A stretch of DNA of 64,000 nt from an uncultured virus (IMG/VR IMGVR_UViG_3300007770_000006) (IMGVR_UViG_3300007770_000006), one strand, 5' to 3'. Counted from the stretch's first letter, positions 9,900-19,690 are shown. The notes: generated from the letters alone by a model not told the origin. Made by a program: numbers and translations.

Positions 9900-10109
9900 C
9901 TATGCGCGATTCGCCGCCATGAACACGAGCCCGACGAACAGATCCCAGCACCGGGCCGGGTCTGCATTGTGCTCGGACTCGCCGTATAGGCCGCGAATCA
10001 TGTCACACGCGGCCCGCCAGCTCTCGGCGTCCTCGCGGTCGGTGCGGCACGGGCGCACCGACCCGTCGACCGGCTCGCGCACATAGCGGCCGGCGCTCTC
10101 GTCGATCAT
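9900..10109 (-). CDS. Hypothetical protein
   Basis: Short ORF MIDESAG. Confidence 0.45.
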   Translation of the reverse strand: MIDESAGRYVREPVDGSVRPCRTDREDAESWRAACDMIRGLYGESEHNADPARCWDLFVGLVFMAANRA

Positions 10110-10123
10110 GACCCGGCGACCGC

Positions 10124-10333
10124 TCACGGCTTGCGCCGGCGCTGCGCTTTCGCTGCGGTCAGTGGCCCGTCGACGCCGCGCGCAGGCTTGAACACGTCGC
10201 AGCTCTCGCCGGTGTCGCCCGGGTACAGGTTGGCTGGAACGTGCGATCGGTACGCCGACGGCGCGAGCCAGTGTCTGCATTGCTCTTTCAGCGGGCAATC
10301 TCCGCCCGTGTAGCTCCAGTGATTCGCGATCAT
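10124..10333 (-). CDS. Small Cys-containing hypothetical protein
   Basis: GGDCPLKEQCRHW...CDVF. Confidence 0.5.
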   Translation of the reverse strand: MIANHWSYTGGDCPLKEQCRHWLAPSAYRSHVPANLYPGDTGESCDVFKPARGVDGPLTAAKAQRRRKP

Positions 10334-10533
10334 AGCGCTCCCCCTTTGTCTCTCGTCCAGCCGAGCGCCCGCGCGAATTCGCCGCGAGCTGTCGACGACG
10401 ACAGCGACTCGACAGCGCCGCGCGCGTGATCGAGCTGCGGCGGCACGACTATGTGCCACGCGCAGCGCAACGCTGCGCCGGCATTCAGCGCCGCATGAAC
10501 GCGCCACGCCCGCAAGTGTTCGCGCAGTGTCAC
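10330..10533 (-). CDS. Hypothetical protein
   Basis: Short ORF overlapping next start. Confidence 0.4.
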   Translation of the reverse strand: MTLREHLRAWRVHAALNAGAALRCAWHIVVPPQLDHARGAVESLSSSTARGEFARALGWTRDKGGAL

Positions 10534-10595
10534 TTGTTCTCCCCGCTCAAACAGAGCCCGTAAGCCGGCTCGTCCCTACAGGGCACTGCGCAGAC

Positions 10596-11834
10596 TCAGC
10601 GAACATCGGCCGCCCCGCTCTGTGCGTGCTCGACTCGTGCTCGTGCGATCTCGACGTACGCCGGATCTGCCTCGATCAGCCACGCATTTATCCCGAGCTG
10701 TGCCGCGGCTACGCCGGTCGTGCCCGACCCGGCGAACGGGTCGACGACGAGCCCGCCGGGTGGCGTCACGAGCTGCAGCAGCCAGCGCATGATCGCGATC
10801 GGCTTGACCGTCGGGTGATTGTTGCCGCGCTTGCGGCCGCGTGTCTGCGCGAGCTGTTCACAGCCGGCTTGACGTTCGCTTTTCGACGCTTTCGACGTAT
10901 ACCGGAACGTCGGCCAGATCGACGGGTCGTCGAGCGGCACGAGCGGCGCTCGCGTGAAGAATCGCGACGCGCCGCCGCGGTCTGCGGGCCGCACGGCGAC
11001 CGTCTGCGTCTGTGCGTGTGGGTTCCAGCCAGCGCGACGCCCCAGATCCGACGCGCCCGAGCGCACCCGAACGCCGCCGGGCGATCCGCTCTCGCCGCTC
11101 TGTGCGTCGAGCGCTGCCACCGGGCAGCGCGGCGCGCAGTCTACAGCACAGGCCGCGGCATGACTCAGCAGCAGATTCGCCGGCCAGCGCGAGCCGGGCT
11201 CGCCGTCAGCTGTCGGCACTCTGCACGCCGCGACGTTTAGAGCGCCGGTGCCGTGTCTGCGCACAGACTCGGCGACCGTTCCGCCCAGCGGCTTGCGCGC
11301 GAGCAGAATCGGCTCGTGCGCCGGCTTTAGCGCCGTTCCCCAACCCTGCCACCGCTTTGCGTCATCGGTGATCGGCGCGGGCGGCACATAGCCGCGAATC
11401 GGCACGACCGGCGACACGTTCGAGCCGGGCGGCACGCCAGCGACCGTGAATGCGCGCGACTCTGCGCGCAGCTCGCCGGCGGCGCGGTCAAACGCTTTTG
11501 CCACGTTGTGCGACTTCGGGAATCCCGACCCATACAGCCACACGAGCATATCTCGGATCTCGAACCCGACATCCTCGGCCGCAGACACGAGCCGGTGGAA
11601 CGTGCGCGTTCCACCGAACGCGCACAAGTGCCCGCCGGGCCGCAGCACGCGCAGCGCTTCGCGCAGCCAATCCGCGTGCCATCGCTGCTGATTCGCGCCG
11701 TCCCCGAGCCTATCGAACGCGCGCCCCATGAACGCGATCCCGTACGGCGGATCGCACACGATCGCGCTAATCGTGTTCGACCGCCAGCCCGACATCAGCG
11801 CGACGCAGTCGCCCTCGATGACTCGAACGCTCAT
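10596..11834 (-). CDS. DNA methyltransferase (N6-adenine/N4-cytosine, beta class)
   Basis: GDCVALM, CDPPYG, GSGFPKSHN, GWGTALKPAHEPI, HPTVKP, DPFAGSGTT. Confidence 0.93.
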   Translation of the reverse strand: MSVRVIEGDCVALMSGWRSNTISAIVCDPPYGIAFMGRAFDRLGDGANQQRWHADWLREALRVLRPGGHLCAFGGTRTFHRLVSAAEDVGFEIRDMLVWLYGSGFPKSHNVAKAFDRAAGELRAESRAFTVAGVPPGSNVSPVVPIRGYVPPAPITDDAKRWQGWGTALKPAHEPILLARKPLGGTVAESVRRHGTGALNVAACRVPTADGEPGSRWPANLLLSHAAACAVDCAPRCPVAALDAQSGESGSPGGVRVRSGASDLGRRAGWNPHAQTQTVAVRPADRGGASRFFTRAPLVPLDDPSIWPTFRYTSKASKSERQAGCEQLAQTRGRKRGNNHPTVKPIAIMRWLLQLVTPPGGLVVDPFAGSGTTGVAAAQLGINAWLIEADPAYVEIARARVEHAQSGAADVR

Positions 11835-12244
11835 AGCTCGGACACCGCACAGACGGCGACGCCCGCCGGGCCGACGGTCGCCACCCGGGCGTCGGGCGGG
11901 CACCGTTGCGGCGTCTTGCGGCCCGGCGACGCCGGGTAAGCGTGTGCGGCGACCCGCTCGATCTCGCCGCTCTCGGCGTCGCGAGTCAGCCACAGATCGA
12001 CGCCGAGCTGCCCGCTGTCGCCGAGCGCGAACAGCCGACCCGCTTCGAGCCGCAGCGTCGACGCGATCGCAGCAGTCGCAAGACCGCCGGCGCTGCCGAT
12101 TGCGCGCCGATCGATGTCGCACCAGACGCGCAGCCGCCCCGAGTCATCGGGCAGCCCGACGCGAACCGCGCGACCCGTCTTGACGCTGCGCCAGCGCCAG
12201 TCGTCGCCGAGTCGCCGCAGCAGCGGTACCGCGGCGCGGTTCAT
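11831..12244 (-). CDS. Hypothetical protein (start uncertain)
   Basis: C-terminal part of a longer ORF; stop overlaps MTase start. Confidence 0.45.
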   Translation of the reverse strand: MNRAAVPLLRRLGDDWRWRSVKTGRAVRVGLPDDSGRLRVWCDIDRRAIGSAGGLATAAIASTLRLEAGRLFALGDSGQLGVDLWLTRDAESGEIERVAAHAYPASPGRKTPQRCPPDARVATVGPAGVAVCAVSEL

Positions 12245-12408
12245 GATCTCGGCTTGTGCGGCGTTCCGCAGTCTCGGCGCTCGCATACTCGCCCCCTGCG
12301 CCGCAGGCCGGCGCTCGCTTGTGTGAGCACACATAGCGTCGGCCGCCGTGCTTCGCACAGTCTGCGATCCCGCTGTGTCGGGATTCGCCGACATTCGGAA
12401 CCACCCGG

Positions 12409-12633
12409 TCATCGGGCGGCCATGCTGCCGTCGATTCGCACGTCCGCGATCACCTCGCCGCAGTCTGCGCACCGAATCGAGTATGCGACGACAGCGATCT
12501 GCAGCCGGCGAGCGATCGCGATCCACGCCCGCCCGGCCCAGCTCGTCGGAACGTATGCGATCTCGGCGAGAGGACGTAACGGGTACGAGCCGCAGCGCAG
12601 ACAGCGCGCGATCGGCAGCAGCGGCCGGCTCAT
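12409..12633 (-). CDS. Small zinc-ribbon protein
   Basis: CLRC...CADC. Confidence 0.5.
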   Translation of the reverse strand: MSRPLLPIARCLRCGSYPLRPLAEIAYVPTSWAGRAWIAIARRLQIAVVAYSIRCADCGEVIADVRIDGSMAAR

Positions 12634-12887
12634 GCTGGCACCGGCGGATCGTCCCACTGATTGCACGTCGTGCAGCCGATCTTACCGCCGGACGAGAACG
12701 TGTCGCGACTCGGCCCGCACCCGCACGGGTCGAGCGAGTCGAGTCTGCGCAGACTCGGCGCAGGCGTCTTGCGGCGCGCCGCAAACCGTGCGCCCGCGAT
12801 GAACGCTTCGCACTCGTCGCGGGTGCCGACAAAGTACGACACCCACAGACCGGATCGTGAGTGCCCGGCGCTGTGTGTGCGGCTCAT
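12630..12887 (-). CDS. Small Cys-rich hypothetical protein
   Basis: CGCG...CTTC; overlapping start/stop. Confidence 0.5.
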   Translation of the reverse strand: MSRTHSAGHSRSGLWVSYFVGTRDECEAFIAGARFAARRKTPAPSLRRLDSLDPCGCGPSRDTFSSGGKIGCTTCNQWDDPPVPA

Positions 12888-13171
12888 TCTGTCGACTCGG
12901 CGCGCAGCGTCGCCTCGTGCTCGGCGATCGCGTCGTCCACGCTGATCTCGTCGTCACCGTCATGGTAGACGAGACACGATCCGTCCCACGAGTGCTGGCC
13001 AGACCCGAGCGCAGCGATCTCGGCGCGGTCGACACTGCGCACCGAAACGCCGCAATCGTCCTCGGTCGCCATGATCTCGTCCTCGGCGTTCTCGGCCTCG
13101 AATTCGTCAGCTGCGAGCACGTACCCGAACAATCGCAGCTCCACCCGGTACAGTCTGCGCCCAGACATCAC
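12884..13171 (-). CDS. Acidic hypothetical protein
   Basis: Overlapping start/stop chain. Confidence 0.55.
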   Translation of the reverse strand: MMSGRRLYRVELRLFGYVLAADEFEAENAEDEIMATEDDCGVSVRSVDRAEIAALGSGQHSWDGSCLVYHDGDDEISVDDAIAEHEATLRAESTE

Positions 13172-13644
13172 ACGCCCCCATCACGGTCTGCGCCGGGTCT
13201 GCCGGCGTCGGCCGCAGACTCTGCCGGCCCGTCAGCGGGTGCTGGCTCGGCGTTGGCGCGATCGGCGTCGCCCGGCAGCCCGTCGAGCACCCAGAGCGCC
13301 CAGCGGGCGAATTCGGCGGCACTGCTGCAGTCGGTGGGCGGGTCGCTCGCGCCGGGCGTTCCGAGCCCGACGATCACGGCGCACGCCACCGGCCCGTCGA
13401 CGACGATCGCGCCGCACGTTCTGCCGTTCAGCAGCCGCAGCGATCCGACGGTCGGCCCCTGAGCGATCACGAGCGCCCGCAGCGCCGCGAGCACTTCGGG
13501 CGGCTCGCCGACCAGCACGGCCGAGCCGAGCAGCCAGTGCAGCCCGGCCGGGCGCTGGCACAAGTATTGATCGCGTACGCGATCTCGGACCTGCCGAGTC
13601 GTCAGCCCGTACGGGCTCGCGCTGTATCCAGACTCACGGTTCAT
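13168..13644 (-). CDS. Hypothetical protein
   Basis: Overlapping start/stop chain. Confidence 0.55.
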   Translation of the reverse strand: MNRESGYSASPYGLTTRQVRDRVRDQYLCQRPAGLHWLLGSAVLVGEPPEVLAALRALVIAQGPTVGSLRLLNGRTCGAIVVDGPVACAVIVGLGTPGASDPPTDCSSAAEFARWALWVLDGLPGDADRANAEPAPADGPAESAADAGRPGADRDGGV

Positions 13645-13904
13645 CTATCAGCCTCTGCCTGATCGCTCTCGGCGATCTCTGTTCGTGTCTTCAGCTCGAA
13701 CGGTTGACCGTTCAGTGCGGCGATTCTCGCTCGCAGAATCTGCCGGTCTGCGATCCGACGGTCGGGCTCGGACCCGACAAACAGCCACCACGATCCCGAT
13801 GCGTCACGCTGCAGCGTTCGGATCAGATCGCTCGACTCAAACAGTCGAAACGGCGGGATCATGATCACTTCCACGATCGGCAGCAGCGGCTCGGCGCGAG
13901 TCAC
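13641..13904 (-). CDS. Hypothetical protein
   Basis: Overlapping start/stop chain. Confidence 0.55.
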   Translation of the reverse strand: MTRAEPLLPIVEVIMIPPFRLFESSDLIRTLQRDASGSWWLFVGSEPDRRIADRQILRARIAALNGQPFELKTRTEIAESDQAEADR

Positions 13905-14158
13905 GGTCGGCCCGCCGAGATCTGTTCGAGGACCAACGCGCGCAGCTCCTGCGCGTCGCGAATCTGCACGCGCAGCTCGGCCCGATCGTCATCGTCGATC
14001 CGTTCGTTCAGCTCGTGCATCGTCGATTCGATCGACAGCTGACGCGCAGACACGATCACCGGCTCGCCGCTCTCGTCGAACCGTGCAGACACGGCGCATA
14101 GCGCGCGCAGCTCCAGCTCGAACACGAACGAAACCGGCTCATCCCGATTAGTCAACAT
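13901..14158 (-). CDS. Hypothetical protein
   Basis: Overlapping start/stop chain. Confidence 0.55.
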   Translation of the reverse strand: MLTNRDEPVSFVFELELRALCAVSARFDESGEPVIVSARQLSIESTMHELNERIDDDDRAELRVQIRDAQELRALVLEQISAGRP

Positions 14159-14465
14159 CGTCGATCACGATCACGATCGCGCGCTTTCCGACGGCGTCGA
14201 GCAGCAGAGCGAACGACTCATCGTCATCGGCGACGATCAGCAGCGACCGGGCGTCGCTGTGCTCGGGCAGCTCGCGCACTGTCATCGCGCCGGCGGCGGC
14301 AAGACGAACAGCGGCCGAAACCCGCGGCGCGCTCAGTCCGTCGCCGGGACGGACAAGCACGGAGCCGGCGGGCAGCATTGGGCCGGGCGGCAGCGGAACC
14401 GGCCGGGCTCGATTGAATGAGTCTGCGGGCGCAGTCTCGCCAATGTACGGGGCAACACTCAGCAT
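14148..14465 (-). CDS. Hypothetical protein
   Basis: MLSVAPY start with AGGTG RBS. Confidence 0.5.
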   Translation of the reverse strand: MLSVAPYIGETAPADSFNRARPVPLPPGPMLPAGSVLVRPGDGLSAPRVSAAVRLAAAGAMTVRELPEHSDARSLLIVADDDESFALLLDAVGKRAIVIVIDDVD

Positions 14466-14473
14466 TTGATCAC

Positions 14474-14905
14474 CTATCGCGATTGAGTGAACCGCCGGCG
14501 CAGCTCGCGCAGCGGCTCGATTGAAAGATCGGGCGAGTCTGACTCGGCAGCGCCGCGGGCGATCGGCCGGCCGAACGGGTCGCGAGCGACCCACGAAACG
14601 AGCGCGCCGGGCAGTACCGATCCGACAGTGTGCGAGTATTCGATAGCCGGCCCGCCCGTCGAGCCCGACGGGTGAACCCACGACAGCGCGTCGTCCTCGT
14701 TCCAGTCTTCTGCGAGCGTGTGACCGCTCGACGTGCTGAACGTCGACAGATACGACACGAGCCACGAAAGCATCGTCCAGCCATCGTCTTCCACACCGGA
14801 AAGATGCGCCCGTTCGCACTCGTCGATCTGCTCGGCGTTGCCGGCGCGGCCGCAGAATTCGCATCGCAGAGTCGGCACATTCAAGACCTGATCGGGTGCT
14901 GACAC
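14474..14905 (-). CDS. Hypothetical protein
   Basis: CEFC...CERAH. Confidence 0.5.
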   Translation of the reverse strand: MSAPDQVLNVPTLRCEFCGRAGNAEQIDECERAHLSGVEDDGWTMLSWLVSYLSTFSTSSGHTLAEDWNEDDALSWVHPSGSTGGPAIEYSHTVGSVLPGALVSWVARDPFGRPIARGAAESDSPDLSIEPLRELRRRFTQSR

Positions 14906-14908
14906 AGT

Positions 14909-15304
14909 CTATCCCCCACAACGCGAGCGGGCCGCTGCGAGCGCCGCTCGCGCTGCCGAAACGACATCGGACATCGCGCCCGACAGCGGGCCGCCGGGTC
15001 GGCCCGGGCGAGCCGTTCCAGTGTCTGCGTCTGTGCTGCAGACGAGCGAAACCGCGCCGCGGGCTGAGACCGTCAGCACGAGCATAAGCCCGTCCCGACG
15101 GATTCGGATCTCGATGATCGAGCCGCGCGATCGGATCTGTGCGCCGGGCTCGTTCAGCACGCGCAAGATCTCCGCAGCGTGTGCAACGGCGCACGAGTCT
15201 GCGCCCGCGTCGCGCAGCTCTCGGATCTGACGAATCACGCCCGGCCCGTACCGGTTGCCGGTGTTCCGGTAGATCCGGCTCATATCAGCCGCAGTCGCTC
15301 GCAT
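14909..15304 (-). CDS. Hypothetical protein
   Basis: GGGAG RBS. Confidence 0.55.
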   Translation of the reverse strand: MRATAADMSRIYRNTGNRYGPGVIRQIRELRDAGADSCAVAHAAEILRVLNEPGAQIRSRGSIIEIRIRRDGLMLVLTVSARGAVSLVCSTDADTGTARPGRPGGPLSGAMSDVVSAARAALAAARSRCGG

Positions 15305-15361
15305 CGTGCGCTCCCTCTGTCGGCTTCATGTAGAATCGAGCAACGCAAATCACACACCGGG

Positions 15362-15836
15362 TTGGGCGGCTGGCTCTTTCATGTGCTGCGCCGGGCCGCG
15401 AATGTCCAGCACTCGGGCCAGTGGTTCAATCTTGCGGCAAAGGCCGACTATACGGCGGCGGCCGCCGGCGAGTGGTCGTGGGCGACGGGCTGTCCGTTTG
15501 GGCGTATACAAATCCCGACAGACAGAGCGATCACGTTTGCCCACGCACACGTCGACAAGGCGCACACGAACGGAACGATGGATCTGGAGCTGTGGCGAAA
15601 CCGCGGTCAATCGTTCGGCAGCGGCAGCTCGCCGGGCACGATGACACGGATCGCAATCTGCAGCATCGCCGCCGGCGAGAACGACGGGGCCACCGTTAGC
15701 TTCTCTCTTCGAGAGCGACGATCTAAAGAGCGTCGAAGCCGGCGACTATCTGCACCTTCAGCCAGTCGGAACGCGCCCGACCGGTACGGGGTGGTTTACG
15801 TTCGTCGACGTGCATTTCGGCGAGACTGCTACCTAA
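15362..15836 (+). pseudogene. Frameshifted plus-strand gene resembling a beta-rich virion accessory domain
   Basis: Protein-like frame to ...GATVSFS, continuing in the +1 frame as FESDDLKSVEAGDYLHLQPVGTRPTGTGWFTFVDVHFGETAT*; break at TTCTCTCTTC 15701-15710; start uncertain. Confidence 0.5.
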
Positions 15837-16381
15837 CTGACCGCGCACAGCGCGGCCCAGCTGTGCGTCTCTGCAAGCCATGCCGGCACGCTGCACACAT
15901 ACTCGCCGGGACCGTCGGGCAGCAGCGCGATGCGGGTGCCGAGTCTGAACAGGTGCGATCGGCTAACGTCGACCGGCGGTCGCCGGCGATACTGCACAGT
16001 CGCGCGGGCCAGCAGTATGCGCAGCACGCGCAGACGAACAGGCACCGGCGACCAGTCGCGAGTCGGCACGACGCCGGGCCGCGGGGGCGGGCACAGATCC
16101 GGGCGTAGCGACTCCAGCGCCGCGAGCGCTTGACGCATCGCGGTTTGTCGCTCGCTCGGCAGCAGCTCTCGATCGCCGAGCTGCCGAATCAACGACCCGA
16201 CGCGATCGAGCTTCGGGCACGGGTATCCGCGCGACTCGCTGTCGCGCGTCACATACAGCCGCGCGCGCGCCGTGTGTGCGGTCTTTGGGCGTGGCCCGGC
16301 TAACTCTCGGCACCGAACGCCGGCCCGCGCCCCGCAGTGGGGGCACGGCATGGTCAGCGCTTGCGCAGTACTGACTCGCAT
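15833..16381 (-). CDS. Zinc-finger hypothetical protein
   Basis: CPHCGARAGVRC...HTAR. Confidence 0.6.
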   Translation of the reverse strand: MRVSTAQALTMPCPHCGARAGVRCRELAGPRPKTAHTARARLYVTRDSESRGYPCPKLDRVGSLIRQLGDRELLPSERQTAMRQALAALESLRPDLCPPPRPGVVPTRDWSPVPVRLRVLRILLARATVQYRRRPPVDVSRSHLFRLGTRIALLPDGPGEYVCSVPAWLAETHSWAALCAVS

Positions 16382-17544
16382 CAGCGAAAGATCCGCAGTG
16401 TCTCTGCGGCGCGCGTGATCGCCGTGTATGTCAGCCGCCGGGCTTCGGCCGGATCGCGCAGGCGCAGACCGGCATACCCGCCGTCCGCGACGAACCCGAC
16501 GGACTTCCACTCGCTGCCCTGCGACTTGTGGACGGTCAGCGCCCAGCCCGTGTCGACGTGCAGCGCCTTCGCTCTGTGATGAAAGCGAAGCCGCGATGCG
16601 GCTCGCCTAAAGTCGCCGACACGACCGCCGAACGTCGACGGCGACACGAGAACGCGGACATCGCGGCCGGGCACGTCGAGAATCAGCCACAGCCAACCCG
16701 ACGCCGGGCCGCGCTCGGCGCGCAGAACGTCGAATGCCTCGCCGTTCATGATCCCGATCCCGTGATTGTTCAGCAGACACACGATCCGATCGTTCGGACA
16801 CACGACACCGGTTAGCCCGAGCTGCGCCCGGATCTCGGCGTTGAGTCTGCGCCGGGTCGCGTTCGTGTACGCGAGTAGCACGGCGTCGGAATCCTTGCGC
16901 TCACACAGCCACGGCACCGGGTCGCCCGACGCGGTGTCACAGACACCGTCGATCCAGCCGTCGAACGGCTGACGTGTTCGAACGGCCGTTGCAAGCCCGA
17001 CGATCGGCGAGTCGGCGGCCTGCCTATGAATCTCGCGCAGCTCGGCGTCGGGTGAATCAAACGGCGGCCCCCATGTTCCGCGCACCGGCGGCAGCTGCTC
17101 GCGGTCGCCGACATACAGAATCTGTGCCCCACGCCGTTTCGACGTTTGCCGGTAGAGATCGCCGTGCAGCTCTGTATCGACCATTGACGACTCATCGCAG
17201 ATCACAAGCCCGCCCACCCCGCACGGGGGGCGGGGCTGACCGAAAATCAGCTCTGGGTCGTCACTCTCGTTGTCGGACTTCCCCTCCCAGACGCGACCGT
17301 ATAGAGATTGATGCACAGTCGACGCATCGCGCCCAATCTTGTCGGACAGAACGTGCGCCGCCTTGCCGGTCGGGCAGATCGGCACGACTTCTCGCGTCTG
17401 TTCGTATTCGTCGACGAGCGAACGCAGCAGAGTTGTCTTTCCAGACCCGGCGGGTCCCACGAGCATGATCACCCGCTTACCGGTCGCGATCGCTGCGCGC
17501 AGCTTCGCTCGCTCGCTCTGTTGATGTTCGCTCAGCTCGATCAT
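16381..17544 (-). CDS. RecD/Dda-like SF1B helicase
   Basis: GPAGSGKT, CDESSMV, YVGDREQLPPV, IHRQ, ALTVHKSQGSEW, YTAITRA. Confidence 0.92.
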   Translation of the reverse strand: MIELSEHQQSERAKLRAAIATGKRVIMLVGPAGSGKTTLLRSLVDEYEQTREVVPICPTGKAAHVLSDKIGRDASTVHQSLYGRVWEGKSDNESDDPELIFGQPRPPCGVGGLVICDESSMVDTELHGDLYRQTSKRRGAQILYVGDREQLPPVRGTWGPPFDSPDAELREIHRQAADSPIVGLATAVRTRQPFDGWIDGVCDTASGDPVPWLCERKDSDAVLLAYTNATRRRLNAEIRAQLGLTGVVCPNDRIVCLLNNHGIGIMNGEAFDVLRAERGPASGWLWLILDVPGRDVRVLVSPSTFGGRVGDFRRAASRLRFHHRAKALHVDTGWALTVHKSQGSEWKSVGFVADGGYAGLRLRDPAEARRLTYTAITRAAETLRIFR

Positions 17545-17660
17545 CGCTCGCCCCGCTGTGTGTGCGGTCGAGTAGCGCAGGCCCGGGCCGATCGCACCCG
17601 GCGATCAATCGTCGTCGCGGCGGCGCGTTTTCTTTTTCTTCCACGCGAGCTTGCCGTCCT

Positions 17661-17888
17661 TCACGACGAGCGTTGACCCGTCGGAACGGCGATGGCTGTC
17701 GGGTCAATCTGAACGATCACGTCCAGCGCATCGTCTGTCGGCGACTCTGCGGCCAGCAGCCGAACGCCCGGGCCGGGGCGCAGAGTCACCCGGGACAGCG
17801 GCGCTCCTGTGTCGCCGTGATCCGCGACGTGTGAGCACACGACGCGAACACGAGAGATCGAGATCCAGTCTGACTCGTGCTGACTCAT
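17661..17888 (-). CDS. Hypothetical protein
   Basis: ATGA overlap with RmlC stop. Confidence 0.45.
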   Translation of the reverse strand: MSQHESDWISISRVRVVCSHVADHGDTGAPLSRVTLRPGPGVRLLAAESPTDDALDVIVQIDPTAIAVPTGQRSS

Positions 17889-18496
17889 TCGGATCTCCTG
17901 AGTCTCGGCAGCTCGCCGGCCGCGAACACCGGCAGCTCGGCATCGCGAGCGCTCAGCGTCGGAACGACGCCGGCGGGCAGCGGCCACAGCTGCCGAACGT
18001 CCGCGCTCTGCCAGCTGACTCCGCGCGCAAGATCGGGATCATACGGCGCGTCCGTCGCATACTGCAGAACGGTTTCTCTCTGAGTCGTCAGATACCCGTG
18101 AGCGCAGCCGGCCGGAACGAACACGGAGATCGTGTCCGCGGCTGTGAGCGGAACCGTTGCGACCCGGCCGTGCGTCGGGCTGTCGGCGCGCAGATCCAGC
18201 ACGATGTCGAGAGCCGAGCCCGAACTGCACCACACGAGCTTGGACTCCTGCCGCGGCGCGAGCTGATAGTGCAGCCCGCGCAGCGTGTCGGCCGCCGGGT
18301 TCGCCGAGCGCGCGAGCTGCGCGACGCTGAACGGCTGCCCGGTCAGCTCGGCGAGCAGCGCCGGGTCCAGCAGACGATCGAACGCGCCTCGGCGATCCGT
18401 GTGCGGCCGGCGCACGATGACCAGCGCGCCGTCGACTGGCAGCGGGATTGATTGCCACTCAATGCCGTGGCGGGCCGCGGTGCGGTGCGTGGACAT
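17885..18496 (-). CDS. rmlC: dTDP-4-dehydrorhamnose 3,5-epimerase
   Basis: DRRGAF, TLRGLHYQ, KLVWCSSG..LDIVLDLRADSPTHG, VPAGCAHGY, YDP. Confidence 0.9.
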   Translation of the reverse strand: MSTHRTAARHGIEWQSIPLPVDGALVIVRRPHTDRRGAFDRLLDPALLAELTGQPFSVAQLARSANPAADTLRGLHYQLAPRQESKLVWCSSGSALDIVLDLRADSPTHGRVATVPLTAADTISVFVPAGCAHGYLTTQRETVLQYATDAPYDPDLARGVSWQSADVRQLWPLPAGVVPTLSARDAELPVFAAGELPRLRRSE

Positions 18497-18628
18497 GACG
18501 GCGGGTCCTCGGCCCGTGGCGGGGTGCTGACTGCCCCCTGCGGGCTCTGCCGTCAGCTTACCCCGCCCGAGCGCTCAGGGCTCGCCCTGCGCTCGTCTGG
18601 GGCCGCGGCGACAAGGTCGGCCTCGAAC

Positions 18629-18665
18629 GCATGAACGCCCCGCAGCAGCTGCGGGGCGTTCATGC
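18629..18665. terminator. Perfect inverted repeat/terminator hairpin
   Basis: GCATGAACGCCCCGCAG-CAG-CTGCGGGGCGTTCATGC just downstream of the 18673 stop. Confidence 0.7.
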
Positions 18666-18672
18666 GCGAGAG

Positions 18673-18996
18673 CTATTCCACCAGCGACCATTTCAGCCCG
18701 CCGATCAGATCGTTGGTGACGTATATGAGCGCCGTAAGCCGCACCGGTACGGGATCATCGGCCCACGGCATACGAACGCGCGCCGTCGCCAGCTCGATCA
18801 GCTCGCCGCCGTTCCCCAGATCGGCCAGAACGCGCGCAGCTTCGAGCACGCGCAGATCGCGCAGTGTGCGGGTGTAGCGCTGACGGTGCCACGGGTCGCG
18901 CCCGCGGCAGCTGCAGCCACACCGCCCGGAACGGGCGACGATCTGCTGGCGCGTGTTTGCGAGAGCGGCGATGGCTTCGGGGTTCGAGTCGCGCAT
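18673..18996 (-). CDS. Hypothetical protein
   Basis: CGCSCRGRDPWH; follows HNH gene. Confidence 0.6.
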   Translation of the reverse strand: MRDSNPEAIAALANTRQQIVARSGRCGCSCRGRDPWHRQRYTRTLRDLRVLEAARVLADLGNGGELIELATARVRMPWADDPVPVRLTALIYVTNDLIGGLKWSLVE

Positions 18997-19020
18997 GTTG
19001 AGTCTCTGTGTCGTTGGGGT

Positions 19021-19398
19021 TTAGCTGTTCGCGGCGGCGCGGCGTCGGGCGATGATCGCCTTCGCTTCGATGCGGAACGGGCGCAGCGCGAGGGCGGTGT
19101 GGTTCGCGATGAACGTCGCGACGGCGTCGGTCTGCTCGCCGTTGTTCCGGCGCAGCCACTCGGCGAGCGGCGTGTCCTGCCGGCGGCTGTTGCAGCTGCG
19201 GCAGGCTGTGATCAGGTTGCCCTCGTGGTTCCCGCCGCCGGCCGAGCACGGCACCAAGTGATCGAGACTCAGCGGCGCGCCGCTGGACTCGACGGTCGCA
19301 CCGCAGTAAGCGCAGGCGAGCCCGTCGCGCAGATAGATGGCGAGCCGCTTGTCCTTGCGAATCCACTTACTTCCCTGACCCTTGATGCGTCCAGCCAT
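19021..19398 (-). CDS. HNH endonuclease
   Basis: YLRDGLACAYCG...DHLVP..GGGNHEGNLITACRSCN. Confidence 0.9.
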   Translation of the reverse strand: MAGRIKGQGSKWIRKDKRLAIYLRDGLACAYCGATVESSGAPLSLDHLVPCSAGGGNHEGNLITACRSCNSRRQDTPLAEWLRRNNGEQTDAVATFIANHTALALRPFRIEAKAIIARRRAAANS

Positions 19399-19426
19399 GC
19401 TGCCCTCCGTTTCGGTGACTGAACCT

Positions 19427-19443
19427 TAACCCCGCCACGGTTA
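19427..19443. promoter_or_regulatory. Palindromic operator-like site 1, TAACC-ccgccac-GGTTA
   Basis: 28 nt upstream of HNH start; overlaps TTTACC-N18-TAAGGT promoter-like sequence on minus strand. Confidence 0.75.
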
Positions 19444-19690
19444 CACGGTAAAGCGGCGCCCGTGTTCGCCCAACACTGCGCGGCACAGCGTTTCACCGTA
19501 AACGGTGACCAGTAGCCCGCTTTCGGCGGGTTGGGTTTCTGCCAGATTCTTTCTGCGCCGCTCGCGCACTGTCGGCGCGAATGCGGCGCGCCGCCGCGCT
19601 ACCCCGGCGGGATCGTGCGCAGTCGCGACTCGGCCCACCCGACAGCCCACGGCGCTCGGCGCAGATCCGATCGTCGGCGTCGACTCGGCG

